Below the pieces are notes generated by a model. That model worked only from the letters and a program-made list of their open reading frames with translations, searched no databases and was not told the DNA's origin. A DNA stretch of 64,000 nucleotides, from assembly GCA_002269645.1 (NCBI GenBank), contig NIVC01002792.1, positions 62,001 to 126,000 on the forward strand. The letters are read 5' to 3'. Below are positions 26,601 through 36,949 of the stretch, one piece after another (positions within the stretch are counted from its first letter, which is position 1; each line of letters starts with the position of its first letter). Source of the DNA: Macrostomum lignano (lineage: Eukaryota). Both the position numbers and the translations under genes were made by a program.

Positions 26601-29600
26601 CTGTTATACAGACTCTCCCAGATCCCCATGCTGTTATACAGACTCTCCCAGATCCCCATGCTGTTATACAGACTCTTCCAGATCCCCATGCTGTTATACA
26701 GACTCTCCCAGATCCCCATGCTGGGACACAGACTCTTCCAGACCCCCATTTTTTTATTAGAGGCAGGGGGGTTGTGTGCACCCTGGCGCACTTTAAGCGA
26801 CATAGGCACACAACCGGCGAGAGGCATTACTGCCCATTCCGCCGACTCCCCTGAGCAGGCATACAAGCGCGCGGATACGTACGCAGGCACACACTCACAC
26901 AGGAGTGTACAGCGGCTCTAACTTTATATTATCGTTAGGCATGTACACTTCACTGCGCTTTGGGGGGTTGGCTCTCAAGGCCGTTAATTGCACGAGCAGA
27001 GCCAAGCCGAGATTCCAATTCAGCCCCAAATTAATGTGACTGCACTTGGAATCGAGCCTGGGTCGCTGGCACACCAGAGCAGCTGCGCTACCGCTGGGCT
27101 ACGGCCCCCCATGCTGTTATACAGACTCTCCCAGATCCCCATGCTGTTATACAGACTCTCCCAGATCCCCATGCTGTCATACAGACTCTCCCAGATCCTC
27201 ATGCTGTTATCAGACTCTCCCAGACCCCGTGGTGATACAAAAATGTACAGCACAGCCATTAGTTAGATTATTGTAAATTTATTAAATCATGTCCTCACAA
27301 TTTCCGGCAGTCGTAGCCCCCACCCGCAGCTACAGACTATGTTACACTTGTGAGAGATTGAACTCAGTTATGTGCAGCCGAGAGTTGGCCCTGCATCTGT
27401 CGGCACCTTTTGCTGATTGTGGATTTGTCTGGGCCATAGTGAGCGCTGCGCACAGAATTCAATTTTATGTATAAAAACACAAATACTGCGCCTATCCCGG
27501 ATCCTCATTTTCTTGGCCAGCCTCCCAGATCCTCAGTTGCTGGGCCAGCCTCCCAGATCGTCAGTTGCTGGGCCAGCCTCCCACATCATTTCTCAGTCGC
27601 TGGGCCAGCCTCCCACATCATTTCTCAGTCGCTGGGCACGCTAGTAGCCAACTTCCCAGATCCTTTAAGTAGTCCTAAAGTAAAAGCTTAAAAACTTTTA
27701 CTGATGGCCGGGTCCTCACAATTTAGGGATGAAAACATAAATGCTTTATCCGCCCATTCCAGATTCTTAGTTGCTGGGTAGCCAGCAGTCTCCCACATCT
27801 TCAGTTGCTGGGCAGGAATCCACCCATAATCCTGAAGTCACTGAACTAAAAGCTTAACCCCGAGAATGCTCATGGTCTATGGCTTGCGAATTATTTCGAT
27901 GCTGTTTCGAAAAATAAGTCTGCATAACCGTAGCTTGCGGCTTTGGCCTGCTGAGCAGGCCATGACTATTTTCTATACAGAAACCATCAACGAGTTTTTC
28001 TATCTGATGAAGTCATTTTTAATAAGAAACAGTAAAAATCAAGAAGATAAATTGCTATAACGTATAAACAATGTTTAACAGCTAAACAGCAACAATAACA
28101 TAACCTGTTTATAACTAGATACTATAAAGCTGTCGTAGCGTAAGTTCGATGCTACATGTACGTCGAAACTTTTACACCGCGGAGATAGGAACTAAGAACG
28201 ATTTTATCTTACGATGGCTTTATAGAACGGGCGGGCTCTTTGTCAATTAAATATGAGCTGCCTTTGGCTTTAAAAATTAAAAAAAATATTTAAGTTACAC
28301 CTGAGCGGCATGCCAGTCGGCAATACAGGGGGCTGCGCACAGTCCATGGTTCCCTTCACATGATCCGCGGCAGAAGACTGTTTTCTTGGTCTGGCCGTTC
28401 TTGTAGCACTGCCTGCACCGCTTCGTTGGTCGGGCTTGCGCTTCGGTGGTTTCGAGGCTTCGAGAGGAGTCAATAAAGTTCTTGATTATGGTCTCCAGAA
28501 ACTTAAAAAACTCCAGTGTACCGCCGCACGATCGGTACACAACCCAGCCGTTTCTGGCCAGTACAAGAAAAAGGTTGGCGCCGAGCTTTGTGGGCCACTT
28601 CTGAGTCCGCCGGCATGGGTTGTATGGCTGCAAGGCAGAGTCCAGCCTGTTGACACCACCTATAAATCTGTTTTACGAGTCGTTTCCATTGAAGTTATTG
28701 CAGTCATAGAAGCGCAGCTGGCTACTGATCTGTTGGTACCTGTCCCTTGTTAGGCAAGCGAGTTTTTGGAAGAAAGGTGCTGCGTAGAAATCATCTTTGC
28801 TCCAATAGTTGGCGGTCTCGGGCTTTTTAACTATTCCCATGTAAAGCGACATGGCGACAAACTTCTTCATCTCGTCCACGGTCACGTCTTTCCACGCAGA
28901 GAACCTTTGAGGCAAGTTTGGCATCGATGCTTGTAACTCGTCGAATTTGCCCCACGCCGCGCATTGGTCCAAGCGCAGAGCTGTTGCAGCAGGTCAGCAG
29001 TCAGAAACAGCTTGAAAAACGCAGCTGGATCGTCATCGGCAGCCTCTGGCAAGTCAGGATCCATACCAGGCATTCCCAAGAACTCGGGCTCTGCATCTGG
29101 CCGTTGATCCTGCCCAGCTTCCCGTGCCACCCAAGCATCATTTGGCAAGCTTCTGGCGTCTTCATTTGGCTGGAGATGCAGGTCCTCCTCTTCTTCATCT
29201 TCAACCTCGTCCGCTGCTAGCCAGCCTTCCTCCTCCTGTAGTTCGGAGTCGGTATCCGGATCAAATGCACTTGAGCCGCAGCCATGACAAACACTCTCCG
29301 ACACTCGAAAATTATTGCACTAAATAAAGCTGCTGATGATTTAATTAATTAATTAGCACTTGACTTTGATCATGTAGCATCAAGCTTTCTTGATTTGATG
29401 AATCCCACAATTTTACTGTGTCATTTATACCCACCCACCCGTCCATCCACCCCACACCACTTTGTTTTTTGCTTTCATGTTTATCCTTTATTGCTACGAG
29501 TATACGCTAATCCGCCGGCTATCGCAGGCTACAGGGGTTTTAAAAAATATGCTGAAATAGTCTGCAGGCCATTCCGCAAGCTACGCTGGTGAATAGAATC

Positions 29601-32600
29601 CCAAACAGCAGTGTAGGGGTTTTAAACGCTGGTACTAAAGAGAAAGTCCTCACAATTTCCGGCAGTCGTAGCCCCCACCCGCAACTACAGACTATGTTAC
29701 ACTTGTGAGAGATTGAACTCAGTTATGTGCAGCCGAGAGTTGGCCCTGCATCTGTCAGCATCTTTTGCTGATTGCCGATTTGTCTGGGCCATAGTGAGCG
29801 CTGCGTACAGACTCTCCCAGATCCCCATGCTGTTATACAGACTCTCCCAGACCCCCATGCTGTTATACAGACTCTTCCAGATCCCCATGCTGGGACACAG
29901 ACTCTCCCAGATCCCCATGCTGTTATACAGACTCTTCCAGATCCCCATGCTGTTATACAGACTCTTGAGTCTGTATAGACTCTTGAGGCCATAGTGAGCG
30001 CTGCGTACAGACTCTCCCAGATCCCCATGCTGTTATACAGACTCTTCCAGATCCCCATGCTGTTATACAGACTCTCCCAGATCCCCATGCTGTCATACAG
30101 ACTCTCCCAGATCCCCATGCTGTTATACAGACTCTCCCAGATCCCCATGCTGTTATACAGACTCTTCCAGATCCCCATGCTGTCATACAGACTCTCCCAG
30201 ATCCCCATGCTGTTATACAGACTCTTCCAGATCCCCATGCTGGGACACAGACTCTCCCAGATCCCCATGCTGTTATACAGACTCTTCCAGATCCCCATGC
30301 TGTTATACAGACTCTTCCAGATCCCCATGCTGTTATACAGACTCTCCCAGATCCCCATGCTGTCATACAGACTCTCCCAGATCCCCATGCTGTCATCCCC
30401 ATGCTGGGACACAGACTCTTCCAGATCCCCATGCTGGGACACAGACTCTTCCAGATCCCCATGCTGGGACACAGACTCTTCCAGATCCCCATGCTGGGAC
30501 ACAGACTCTTCCAGATCCCCATGCTGTTATACAGACTCTCCCAGATCCCCATGCTGGGACACAGACTCTCCCAGATCCCCATGCTGTTATACAGACTCTC
30601 CCAGATCCCCATGCTGTCATACAGACTCTCCCAGATCCCCATGCTGGGACACAGACTCTTCCAGATCCCCATGCTGGGACACAGACTCTTCCAAATCCCC
30701 ATGCTGTTATACAGACTCTTCCAGATCCCCATGCTGGGACACAGACTCTCCCAGATCCCCATGCTGTTATACAGACTCTCCCAGATCCCCATGCTGTCAT
30801 ACAGACTCTCCCAGATCCCCATGCTGGGACACAGACTCTTCCAGATCCCCATGCTGGGACACAGACTCTTCCAGATCCCCATGCTGGGACGCAGACTCTC
30901 CCAGATCCCCATGCTGTCATACAGACTCTCCCAGATCCCCATGCTGTCATACAGACTCTTCCAGATCCCCGTGCTGTTATACAGACTCTCCCAGATCCCC
31001 ATGCTGTCATACAGACTCTCCCAGATCCCCATGCTGTTATACAGACTCTCCCAGATTCCCATGCTGTTATACAGACTCTCCCAGATCCCCATGCTGGGAC
31101 ACAGACTCTTCCAGATCCCCATGCTGGGACACAGACTCTCCCAGATCCCCATGCTGTCATACAGACTCTCCCAGATCCCCATGCTGTTATACAGACTCTC
31201 CCAGATCCCCATGCTGTTATACAGACTCTTCCAGATCCCCATGTTATACAGACTCTTCCAGGCCCCCATGCTGTTATACAGACTCTTCCAGATCCCCATT
31301 CTGGGACACAGACTCTCCCAGATCTTCATGCTGTCATACAGACTCTCCCAGACCCCGTGGTGATACAAAAAATGTACAGCACAGCTATTAGTTAGATAAT
31401 TGTAAATTTATTAAATTATGTCCTCACAATTTCCGGCAGTCGTAGCCCCCACCCGCAGCTACAGACTATGTTACACTTGTGAGAGATTGAACTCAGTTAT
31501 GTGCAGCCGAGAGTTGGCCTTGCATCTGTCAGCATCTTTTGCTAATTGCCGATTTGTCTGGGCCATAGTGAGCGCTGCGTACAGACTTGACTGCTAAAGT
31601 GACCCTAAGCAATGTTTAATTGTTTAATTTGGGTCTTTGATTGGCTAAATAAACTTTAACCAAATATCTTATTAATTAATTTATACATGGAAGTGGCTGT
31701 GGCACTGCAGCTGCCCGCCCAAGTGTATCCTATTCAAGTGTGTAAAGCAAATTGGAAGGCCACAAAAGCTTAAATAAGTTGGCTACAGTTGTCGAGCCAG
31801 GCATTGAGTTTGATTTCTCTAGGCTAATTACATGCATAAGCTAAACCTGGAGATACACTGGCGTATTTCCCCCCCCCCTCATCTTCTTTGGCCAGCCTCC
31901 ACTGTAGTCCTGCACCTTCACTGTGTGCAATTTGCGTCGCTAATTTAGTTTGTTAATGATACGCCTTGACATTTTGGACCCGTATGGACTGCAAGTGTTA
32001 ATTGTGTGTGCCAGCCCTTCTGCTCGCTTATCGAGTGGTCGAATCTGACAGCCAAAGGTTGAATCCAAAAAATGATACAGAAGTAGTGTTCCATAATTTT
32101 TTAATGCACCATATTGTTTTTTTAAGCTTTTTAGGTAGCAAACATACTAGGAAAGAAACATGCAAAGTCTTATGCACAAGAAAATTGTAACACTAGAGAT
32201 AATGTACTTTTTTATTTTAAGAACATCGGTAAGTGGACAGAAGGCGTCGGTAAGTGGACAGAAAGCGTCGGTAAGTGGACACGCAGTGGTGTGATTCACA
32301 TAATCACAAAGGCAGCAGAATAAAAAATTGTTGAAATAAAAGGCTTCTTTTAATTCACTGTTGTTTATACAAAAATGTAGCCAATATAGAAATGAAAAAA
32401 AACAGGTAGAAAAAGAGCATTAAGAATAAACAGTTTAGAGGGCATTATTATATAAAATATAAAGTTCTTCAATATACTCAAACTTGTCCTCCTCCAAAGA
32501 ATAAGAAGTCAATCATTGTGATGTTGATGACCTTAAAACTATTTTTGGTGGTGCTCTGCAAACCACCAGACTAGTTCAAACCATGATCCATTAAAGGTCT

Positions 32601-35600
32601 TTTTACTTTGCCAGATGAACCTGTGGAGAAAAGAGGAAATTAAAAATAATAGACTTGCAGTTTTATTAGCTTTGTTATCTAGATATTGAAATAAAAAGTT
32701 AAATAAATTGTGAAACTTACCTGTTGGGCTTTCTTTGAGTTTGCAGTTGACCATAGCACAGATAAGATGTGTAGTCTGGAATAAAATTAGGAGAAAAATG
32801 TTAAATAAGATATGATTTATTTATTCATTATTAATCATTATTTCAAACTTCTTCTAAGTCAAATAATAGCAAAATATTAATTTTAAGCAATATGACATGC
32901 TTATTAAAATATTTTAAAGAGTCACTACAAGATTTCTTGTGATTTTCAGGTCTTTATAGTTAAAAGTCTTCATGCATTTTAAAAAGAATAGATCCTTAAT
33001 AATGAGCTAACATTCTTTAAAATACATTTTAAATTGTTGGAGTACCTTATAAGTCTATTTATTAGCTTGCAAAGCTAATTAATTCACTCATTTATGCTCT
33101 TTGTCCACTCACCGACGTTACTTGTCCACTTACCGACGTCACTTGTCCACTTATCGATGCCATCGGTAAGTGGACATTTTGTGCTATTTTAATAATATGG
33201 TGCCCCTCACGAATACAATTTCAATAAATTTCCTATAGCAAAACATTATAAAACATACTCAAATTAGATAAGAATAGTTGAAAAAAGAAAAAATGTACTA
33301 GAAAAACTACTTCAAAACAATGAATAGGCATCGGTAAGTGGACACTTTGTGCTATTAGAGTATAACTCAAAAAATGTTTTTGCATTGTACAGACTCGAAC
33401 AACTTTATCGATGTCTAAGAGATTACATGACAATATGAGTGCAAAAGAAATGTTAAAATATATAATAATACAAATACAACCGACTTACCAAAATTAAATT
33501 CAAGGCGTCGATCAGTGGACACTATAGGCATCGATAAATGGACAGTGAAATTGGGAGACACACGTTTTTCTTGTAAATCAATTTGGGTGACACATTTTAA
33601 ATATCAATAAGTAGTAAAACAATTTTACTTAAATAAAAGGAAAAAAATGACACCAAAATAGAATATCCCCATTTAGTATAAGTTAAATTATAATTATTTA
33701 AAAGGAAGGTGCTTCAAAAAAGACATTCGTTTTGTTGAATTTTTCCGAACTTTTTTACAAAATAAACCTTTGCGTTTCATCTCACCAATCTTTTAAATGA
33801 TGTTTTACATAGAAATTAGTTATCTAATCAACTTTTTATTGTAATGGTGCTGCAACAATTCTTTGTTTGCTGAAAATTTTAGCAGGACACGAAAAAAATT
33901 TTTTCTGTATTCATTTTTGGATTCACCCCAAATGTCATTGCGGTTTTATTTACTGCCATCGCTATCATTATTATCACCATAAACGCCATCACCATCACCA
34001 TCATCATCACCATCACCATCATCATCAACACCGTCACCATCATCACCGTCACCACCACCATCATCACACCATCATCACCACCATCATCATCACCATCATC
34101 ACCACCATCATCATCACCATCATCATCAACACCATCACCACCATCATCATCACACCATCATCATCACCATCATCAACACCGTCACCATCATCATCACCAT
34201 CATCATCACCATCATCATCACACCATCACCATCATCATCACCATCATCAACAACGTCACCATCATCACCATCATCAACACCGTCACCATCATCACCATCA
34301 TCAACACCATCACCATCATCAACACCATCACCATCATCAACACCATCACCATCATCAACACCGTCACTATCATCACCATCATCATCAACACCGTCACCAT
34401 CATCACCATCATCAACACCATCACCATCATCACCATCATCAACACCGTCACCATCATCACCATCATCATCAACACCGTCACCATCATCACCATCATCAAC
34501 ACCATCACCATCATCAACACCATCACCATCATCAACACCATCACCATCATCAACACCGTCACCATCATCACCATCATCATCACCATCATCAACACCGTCA
34601 CCATCATCACCATCATCAACACCGTCACCATCATCACCATCATCAACACCGTCACCATCATCACCATCATCATCACCATCATCAACACCGTCACCATCAT
34701 CACCATCATCAACACCGTCACCATCATCACCATCAACACCGTCACCATCATCACCATCAACACCGTCACCATCATCATCATCACCATCATCATCACCATC
34801 ATCAACACCATCACCATCACCATCACCATCACCATCATCATCATCACACCATCACCATCACCATCATCAACACCGTCACCATCAGCATCAGCATCTCTGC
34901 CCATCCACCCATCAGAGGCCCGGGACGAACGGGGCGGCCCATCAGCCGGCGGCCTTCACTCCTAGCGCGGATGCTCAGCAGAAGCCCAGCAGCAAGCAGA
35001 ACGACAGCAGAGGCGGCATCGGCTTGGGTGAGCACGGATTCTGCACGAAAATCTGTCTAATTACAATGACTTTGAACCAGGCTTAAGTTAAACTATTCTA
35101 GTGAAGTTCATTCTACTCTACTGGTAGTAGAAATAAAGAAAGTCGCATGTATAAGTTAGCTACTCTACTTGTAGTAGAAATAATAGAAAGTCGCATGTAT
35201 AACATAGCTACTCTACTGGTAGTAGAAATGAAAGAAATTTGCTAACTATATTTTTTTAAAACGCTCAGAAGCGCCTGCTCCTGCGCTCCCGCCGCGCCTG
35301 GCGCCAGCCACGGCCGGCATCGATTCCGCCGCTGCGGCCACCGCTTCAAGCGCCTACCTGGTGCCGACACCCAGCGCCGCCGCCGACACCGCTGCGACGG
35401 GGCCTGAGCAGCCGTCGCTCTCACAGCCGTGGTACCACGGCCTGGTGACCCGCCTCGACGCAGAGGCCCTCCTGAAGTCCGAGGGCGACTATCTGGTCCG
35501 CTCCGCGTCCGGCCAGCCTGGACAGTTCGTGCTGAGCGGCCGCCTGTCCGGCTTGGGTCCTGGCGGACAGCCGAGGTTCAAGCACCTGCTGCTCATCGAC

Positions 35601-35741
35601 CCTGAGGGCCGGGTTCGAACCCGGGACCGAGTGTTCGACAGCGTGGAGCAGCTGATCCGCTTCCACTGCGACAGCCGGCTGCCGATTGTCAGCGAGGACA
35701 GCGAGCTGGTGCTGGGCCAGGCGGTGCACCGGCGCCGGTGA
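23663..35741 (+). CDS. Shc: Shc-family adaptor protein (N-terminal PTB, C-terminal SH2), 4 exons, about 400 aa
   Basis: Exons 23663-23827, 24747-25199, 34916-35027 and 35269-35741 sum to 1203 nt with consistent phases 0/0/1. PTB motifs: [90 protein letters not shown]. SH2 motifs: QPWYHG, LLKSEGDYLVRS, KHLLLIDPEGRVRTRDRVFDSVEQLIRFH. The start could extend to an upstream exon. Confidence 0.93.
24088..24720. repeat. 24-bp minisatellite GTCTGAAGTCTTTGTTCCATCCCA in Shc intron 1
   Basis: About 25 degenerate tandem copies ending just before the exon 2 acceptor. Confidence 0.95.
25815..26174 (-). mobile_element. tRNA-derived SINE, copy 1 (~360 bp)
   Basis: Minus strand begins GGGGCCGTAGCCCAGCGGTAGCGC...GGCTCGATTCC (Pol III A and B boxes) and ends TAATAAAAAAA. 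Inserted within the 30-bp minisatellite at CCCCAT. Confidence 0.8.
26749..27108 (-). mobile_element. tRNA-derived SINE, copy 2 (duplicated with the host unit)
   Basis: Near-identical to 25815-26174 and in the same context. Confidence 0.8.
27850..29630 (-). mobile_element. Internally deleted, frameshifted piggyBac (PGBD-type) transposon in Shc intron 2
   Basis: Minus-strand fragments: DPAAFFKLFLTADLLQQLCAWTN; WKDVTVDEMKKFVAMSLYMGIVKKPETANYWS...TRDRYQQISSQLRF; IGGVNRLDSALQPYNPCRRTQKWPTKL; C-terminal Cys-rich RCRQC...CRGSC...LCAAPCIADWH. Inverted motif CGTAGCTTGCGG at about 27929 and 29574. Exact termini are uncertain. Confidence 0.88.
29646..31586. repeat. Further copy of the intron-2 unit, without the SINE and with the 30-bp minisatellite expanded to about 50 units, plus a partial unit
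   Basis: Same head and tail sequences as the 25360 unit, with a much longer array. Confidence 0.93.
32222..33545. mobile_element. AT-rich putative DNA-transposon remnant with TCGGTAAGTGGACA motifs in both orientations
   Basis: Three direct motifs at 32226-32281, three inverted at about 33101-33150, and further direct copies at about 33163, 33328 and 33505-33543. Confidence 0.5.
33975..34890. repeat. (CAT/CAC/CAA)n trinucleotide-based low-complexity repeat
   Basis: Source of the poly-His and poly-Met/Val ORFs; ends immediately upstream of the Shc exon 3 acceptor. Confidence 0.97.
35100..35235. repeat. ~53-bp tandem repeat with CTACTCTACTGGTAGTAG in Shc intron 3
   Basis: About 2.5 copies. 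Confidence 0.75.
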
Positions 35742-35924
35742 CTCTTCGGGCTGCTGCGGGGTTGACGTTGGCCCTGTAGCTGTAGCTGAGCCCTGTAGCT
35801 GTAGCTGAGCCCTGTAGCTGTGCATATTTTTGAAGGCCTAATTTTGCTTCAGAATCACCGAGAAAAACAGAAAAAAAACTAAAACCTGGAAGTCAAGGAT
35901 GCTGAAGATATTTTTGTGTATTAA

Positions 35925-36178
35925 TGGCGCTACTGTCTCACCCAAGGCGCCAACTTGGCGCTAATGTCTTACCAAAAGGCGCCAACTTGGCGCTAATGTC
36001 CCACCGAAGGCGCCAACTTGGCGCTATAATGTCTCACTTAAGGCGCCAACTTGACTCTAATGCCTCACCGAAGACGCCAACTTGGCGCTAATGTCTCACC
36101 AAAGGCGCCAACTTGGCGCTAATGTCTCACCGAAGACTCCAACATGGCGCTAATGTCTATCCGAAGGCGCCAACTTGG
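35925..36178. repeat. 30-bp minisatellite with internal palindrome GCGCCAA-C-TTGGCGC
   Basis: About 8 copies of AAGGCGCCAACTTGGCGCTAATGTCTCACC. Confidence 0.92.
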
Positions 36179-36949
36179 ATGCACCTACAGATGTTACCTG
36201 GAAATGTAAATTACTTTACTATATAAGTATTTGACCTTCATATGTCCTTGAGATTTTATCTATTTAGTGCTATGCAAAAGAGACAAATCCCTAAGCGAAA
36301 TTGAGCCTTCAGAAATTTATGTAATTTTCAAGTGTGCAGTCTTCTACATGCAGCAGTGGTCTTTGTCTGTAACGGGGGGTCAGTTTTACGGGAAATCTAT
36401 ATAATTACAGTACATTCGGAATTCCAGATATCCCAGAGGACTTGCTTTTTGAATGCTGCTATTTATAGTTTTGTTATACTTTTGAAGGGGGCCGCCAGCC
36501 CTGACCCGAAGATTTCGGTGCGCTGATTCCGCCAGAATTTTCACTCTGTTAGTTTTTTCCCCGGGCCCGAAACTCAACCCGTTCAACTTCTGCGTCTTCC
36601 ACGAAATCTTTCGGACTTCAGTTTTTGTTGGGCTTTGCGATTTCGCATTCACTACTGCACAGTAGTATATAGATTTATTTGTCTACATTTTTATGCTTCT
36701 GCTGCATCAGTTCACTCATTAATAATCTATTTTTAATCTATTTTTATAATTATAAATATATTGCTTGTAATTATGTATTCGCGATGATCTCCATTTGAAC
36801 AGCTTGTTTAGCTTTGTTTCTGAAGAAATTTTTTATCATTTGTGTATTTCTGCACTATGCACTGCTTTTGGATTTGCGACTCAGATAGATCAATGTTTGT
36901 GTGCACCGCCTTTTTATTTTTGTGCGGCTGTACCATTGTAGCCTGGGGT

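Larger units (their letters stand above)
25360..27457. repeat. Tandem segmental duplication: two ~0.93-1.0 kb units plus a partial third, each with a 30-bp minisatellite (ACAGACTCTCCCAGATCCCCATGCTGTTAT); the two full units also carry a SINE
   Basis: Units at about 25360-26356 and 26357-27290 are nearly identical (they give duplicated ORF sets in the track); partial unit at 27291-27457. Confidence 0.95.

Noticed and set aside
25414-31391. Long repetitive ORFs on both strands (SMGIWESLYN / QIPMLLYRL) and a CRISPR-like look
   Set aside because: The 30-bp units are directly adjacent with no unique spacers, there are no cas genes, and the context is eukaryotic. The ORFs are open only because the unit lacks stop codons.
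33867-35060. 397-aa poly-histidine ORF
   Set aside because: It is a translation of a CAT/CAC microsatellite inside Shc intron 2. The real exon (34916-35027) uses a different frame with proper splice sites.
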